From Macrostomum lignano (lineage: Eukaryota), in NCBI GenBank assembly GCA_002269645.1, contig NIVC01002397.1, forward strand, positions 1-64,000: a stretch of DNA of 64,000 nt, read 5' to 3'. A program made the translations under genes and the position numbers. Positions 60,396 to 64,000 of the stretch are shown one piece after another (the first letter of the stretch is position 1; every line of letters starts with the position of its first letter). The notes beneath the pieces were generated by a model that had not been told where the DNA came from, ran no database searches, and worked only from the letters and a program-made list of their open reading frames with translations.

Positions 60396-61640
60396 TTATT
60401 GGAAAGCAGCAGATCTGTCTATCAAACCGGGCATCGAGCTGATAGTCGGGCCTATTTGCCCCATGGAGCCGATGAGGTTTTCTCGCAGTCTAAAACGCAT
60501 CGGATGTCTAAACCTGTTCTGCTGAAAGCTACAGAGAGCGTATCGTAGTTCAAAGAACATCCTAGCTGCCACCAAAGTGACGACTACTAATTCGGGATCT
60601 CCATTGTCCTGATCCTCATCGCCATCGTCGGAATCTTCATCGTCAGACTCATCTGATCCGGTGGAATTCGAGTCCGAATCTCTCACGAATGCGTCCTTTG
60701 GCAACCAATTGGTAATCACTTTTTCAAAAGTTTCCCTGCGTTCGCACTCTAAAGTTTCTAAGGACACTGCATTGCCAGTGATCATGGACTGTCTGATGAC
60801 GATTCGCTGAAGTGGCCCTCGAGTGCAAGGCTCACAGTCGCAGCTGTGAAGCAGCACATTTTCGCCCTCTGCAACTCTCACCATTTTTGCGGTGTCGCAT
60901 GTTCGATTCGGGTCCCAGAGATCAAAGCCTCGTGGGTTCTCAAAGTGTTGAACGGGAGAAAAATTGACACTTTTAACTGAGACTTTGGTTTCCTGTGTTC
61001 CATCGTTGATAGCAAAGTCGAACTTGTACGTCTCGCAGCTATAGCTGTAGTTGTCCTCAAGGCGCTGGCTTTCGAAGCATATACCGTTTAGGGCGACGTA
61101 TTCTCCAACTAAGGCGCCCAAGTTCCCTTGATTGTTGACGCTGCTGATAAGAAATGTATCGAGAAAGCAAGGAATTTCAACTGCTGCGAGCGGGTCTTCG
61201 AAGCGAGCAGAAAAATAGCGATGAATATCTGCGACAATCATGTACATCATTGACGACTGGAAGCCCTTGTTATAGTTATTTGGTATGTCTACTGACACGG
61301 CCAAGTCGTCGTACAACCAAGTGCACAGGCATTGTTCCACCATTTCATCCATTATTATTAGACCTTGATTTCTCCGGATTATAGGTCTACGGAATGATAT
61401 GCGCGGCTCTTGACCTTGGTGTGCTGAGGTCAATGACGTAAACAGGCTTGCAAGCCTCTTGTGAAGTTGAAAAAACGGCTTATCTTGATTTGGCTCATAG
61501 GTGAGAACGACCATCAAAGCGACGCTACGTTTTAGCTTTGAACAATTTCTAAAGCATTCATGTTCCATCAGTCCTTCAATTTCTTCGACTGCTCTTTCCG
61601 TCAGTTTTGTCTCAAATATTCGAAATTCTTGATTATCCAT
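60396..61640 (-). CDS. Uncharacterised protein X2 (414 aa from the ATG at 61640), putative PD-(D/E)xK-like fold, paralog of 49107-50417
   Basis: Long ORF; a strong acceptor cttttatacttactttgcag immediately precedes ATG GAT AAT, so upstream exons may exist. Shared blocks VEIPCFLDTFLISSVNNQGNLGALVGEY, YKFDFAI, VSVKSVNF, VLLHSCDCEPC; acidic insert SDESDDEDSDDGDEDQD. Confidence 0.8.
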   Translation of the reverse strand: MDNQEFRIFETKLTERAVEEIEGLMEHECFRNCSKLKRSVALMVVLTYEPNQDKPFFQLHKRLASLFTSLTSAHQGQEPRISFRRPIIRRNQGLIIMDEMVEQCLCTWLYDDLAVSVDIPNNYNKGFQSSMMYMIVADIHRYFSARFEDPLAAVEIPCFLDTFLISSVNNQGNLGALVGEYVALNGICFESQRLEDNYSYSCETYKFDFAINDGTQETKVSVKSVNFSPVQHFENPRGFDLWDPNRTCDTAKMVRVAEGENVLLHSCDCEPCTRGPLQRIVIRQSMITGNAVSLETLECERRETFEKVITNWLPKDAFVRDSDSNSTGSDESDDEDSDDGDEDQDNGDPELVVVTLVAARMFFELRYALCSFQQNRFRHPMRFRLRENLIGSMGQIGPTISSMPGLIDRSAAFQ

Positions 61641-62491
61641 CTGCAAAGTAAGTATAAAAGTAAATACATCTCGATAAGTTAAATAGTGAAGCGTATTTTT
61701 TTTTCTTTTGTACCTTGTTACTTTAAGTTTCTGTGCAAGTAACAAGCATTTGTCAATGCGTGAAACTCACCGTGAAGTTAAAATGGAACCGTTTTAAAAC
61801 TTTTTCAAAAAGTATCTTGGTAGGTAAAAACTACTTTATGAACAAACTTTTTATAAATTTTTGTTTTAAATATACTGCCAAATACGCTGAATGCCAAGCC
61901 TTCTTTACTTAGGTACAGAAAGCAAAGCTTTATGGACGCTTCAAATGTACGCTTGATCAAGTGTAGTACACTCTTGCTATCTCGTTCGTCATCTGTACAG
62001 TCTTCTAGCAGAAACCTCTGCCCCATGACTTCGTCTCCTTCGCATTCCTGTGTTTTTCCACAGCGCGCATGGGTTGGAGAAATTTCTACCCCACGCGAGT
62101 ATATCCATGGCATTCTCTGTACAGCATTGAATAGAAGATTCAAGAAATTTCGTCCACTCGGAAAAACCGACACAACCCTTCCAACACGCAGTTAACTGGT
62201 TTTACTCCGGACCAGCTCTTCACTATTTTTCCTAGAAGTTTCTAGATAGTGGCAGTGCAGTGACGAAAATATATTTTCTGCAGCAGTATCACGTGCATAT
62301 AAAACCGAAAATGTTGCAGCTACAGAAAACATAATACCAGTTCAAGCCAGTTTGGATTTTTAGCTGCCAATTCATTAACCAGAGACTATGAATCTACTGC
62401 AACCATGTGAGGACATCAGACGCAACGTTCTGGTACTGTGTAACATTTCTAGACCTTCTCAAATGCAGCTCGAAGAAATTCACAGACCTGA

Positions 62492-64000
62492 ATCCAGCCC
62501 AGTCTAAGACTGGCCGTATTGACGACTTCAGACAGCCAGGACGCAAATTGTGAGATCATTTTTTCCGATTTAAATGATCGAGACTCGAAAGATATCTCTG
62601 AGCCGGATCAATCACAGTGCATTGTGGTATCATCATTGTATTCGGTTAAAGTGTGCTTTGCTGGTTTGTCGAATTCGATTCAGCGATTGAACCAAACGTT
62701 CCCTCCAGTGCTGAGTGACTTATGCAGAACCGTGTCGCACTTGAATAAAGCGACTGGAATCAAGCAATTGAGAATTCAAATCGATCCAAACACGGCCGAA
62801 CTACTCCTGAACTCATCTGTACAGCCTAAGCTTCTTGATCATATTTTAGTGAAGCATTTTCTCGCCTCGGCATTTGTCTTTTGTCATCTGCTGAAAGTTC
62901 CAGAAGAAACTCATTTGGAGTCGCTTTTAGACTTGAACACTGCAGAAATGTCAGTACAGAGGGGAGATCTGCCGCGGTGCTCGATGAGACTTGCTATCAT
63001 TTCCTGTCTAAACGGAGAAGAAGCGTTGGATGAAAAGTTCAGAAACTGCATCCTTAAAAGTTCGGAAATGTCTGCACCAGTCTATCTGTGCATTCTGTTC
63101 AACGAACTCAGCACCTGCGAATGGTATCTGAGAACTGGAAAAGCAGTTGAAAATCAACGCAAACGACTACCGAACCATGATGCAACTCGAATTCGACTGG
63201 AATCGAATAAATCTCAATTAAATGTTCGAATCATTTTGTTTGAGTACGAAAAAGAAGACCGTTTGCACGATACTGGGGTTCTGTCAGCGGAACAGGTGTT
63301 GAGTGAATTCTGCGACGACCAGTTCCTGCGTGTTGCAGTGTCACAGTGTAAACAGCTTGCTCAAAACTACTCGTTTCAACTGGAATGCTTCACTGTGCCA
63401 TGCCGAAATACTGTTATCTTGCTGCAAGTAGCAGCTAAAATGTAAGCTGGTTTCTCATGCATGCTGTTTCTGCTAGACTTTCTTTTAACCAAATCCAAAT
63501 CCAATATGCGAATTTAAAATCTGTGCTGCCTTCGTACCATTTCAGTGCTGAGGAGGCCAAAACTCAGTTCGGTGGTGATGAATCATTGCTAGTAAGTTTG
63601 ATGCTTCAATTGGTTCTTAATAAACAAATATTCAGACAATTACAAAGATCTGTGCAATGTTTGCCAATTAATTATAATACGCTCCATATGCAATTTCAGA
63701 CTCCAGGCGCTCTCCATCGTCTTGCAGCCGTTGGTGGCACATCACAACTAGCTCAAATCCCCGACTCCCATCTGCTTTCGGTGCTGCATCATCAACACGA
63801 AGCATTTCCTGGTCGCACGCCTCTGCTTTGCGCCGCAGCTGCGTCAGTCACAGGCTTTTGTGAAGGCTCTGAGGCGCATGTCGAGTTTGCCAAAATGCTC
63901 ATTAGCAAAGGAGCCGATCCCAGAGCCACTGACAGCCGGAGGCACTCCGTCTTGCACTGCGCCGTCCTGTCAGGCAACGCTGCTCTACTGAGCTACTTGT
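62492..64000 (+). CDS. Protein with an unknown N-terminal region of about 310 aa followed by ankyrin repeats (partial; 5' end unresolved, runs off the window)
   Basis: Open frame 62492-63441 with donor gtaagc (phase 2), 46-nt exon 63546-63591, then exon from 63700 reading TPGALHRLAAVGG...PGRTPLLCAAA...HVEFAKMLISKGADPRATDSRRHSVLHCAVLSGNAALLSYL (ANK). Confidence 0.7.

Noticed and set aside
61805-62195. Overlapping ORFs between X2 and the third ANK gene as extra coding exons
   Set aside because: Joining them needs weak splice sites and they show no similarity to the X1 N-terminus; left unresolved.

Overview
Eukaryotic (animal) genomic DNA with spliceosomal GT-AG introns, CAG/polyQ-rich exons and many intronic minisatellites. 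This style suggests a macrostomid flatworm such as Macrostomum, which is inference only. The left two-thirds hold three co-oriented conserved + strand genes, each reconstructed by hand with consistent splice phases: a p160/SRC/Taiman-like PAS-domain nuclear-receptor coactivator (6995-22627), tRNA dimethylallyltransferase TRIT1/MOD5 (26165-29696) and a pecanex-like membrane protein (32010-44140). Non-coding elements there include a tRNA-derived CORE-like SINE, two MITE-like elements and about 20 distinct tandem arrays. From about 45 kb the architecture changes. A decayed non-LTR RT fragment and two WSC-domain relics are followed by a compact, short-intron cluster: two paralogous unknown proteins (49107-50417 and 60396-61640, minus strand) with a PD-(D/E)xK-like E...D...SxK signature and an HxCxCx(2-3)C motif, each head-to-head with an atypical ankyrin-repeat gene, plus a third ankyrin gene and a frameshifted helical-repeat gene. 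This repeated divergent 'putative nuclease + ankyrin' module is the best candidate for an undescribed system. No database searches were run; all family calls come from motif recognition by eye.
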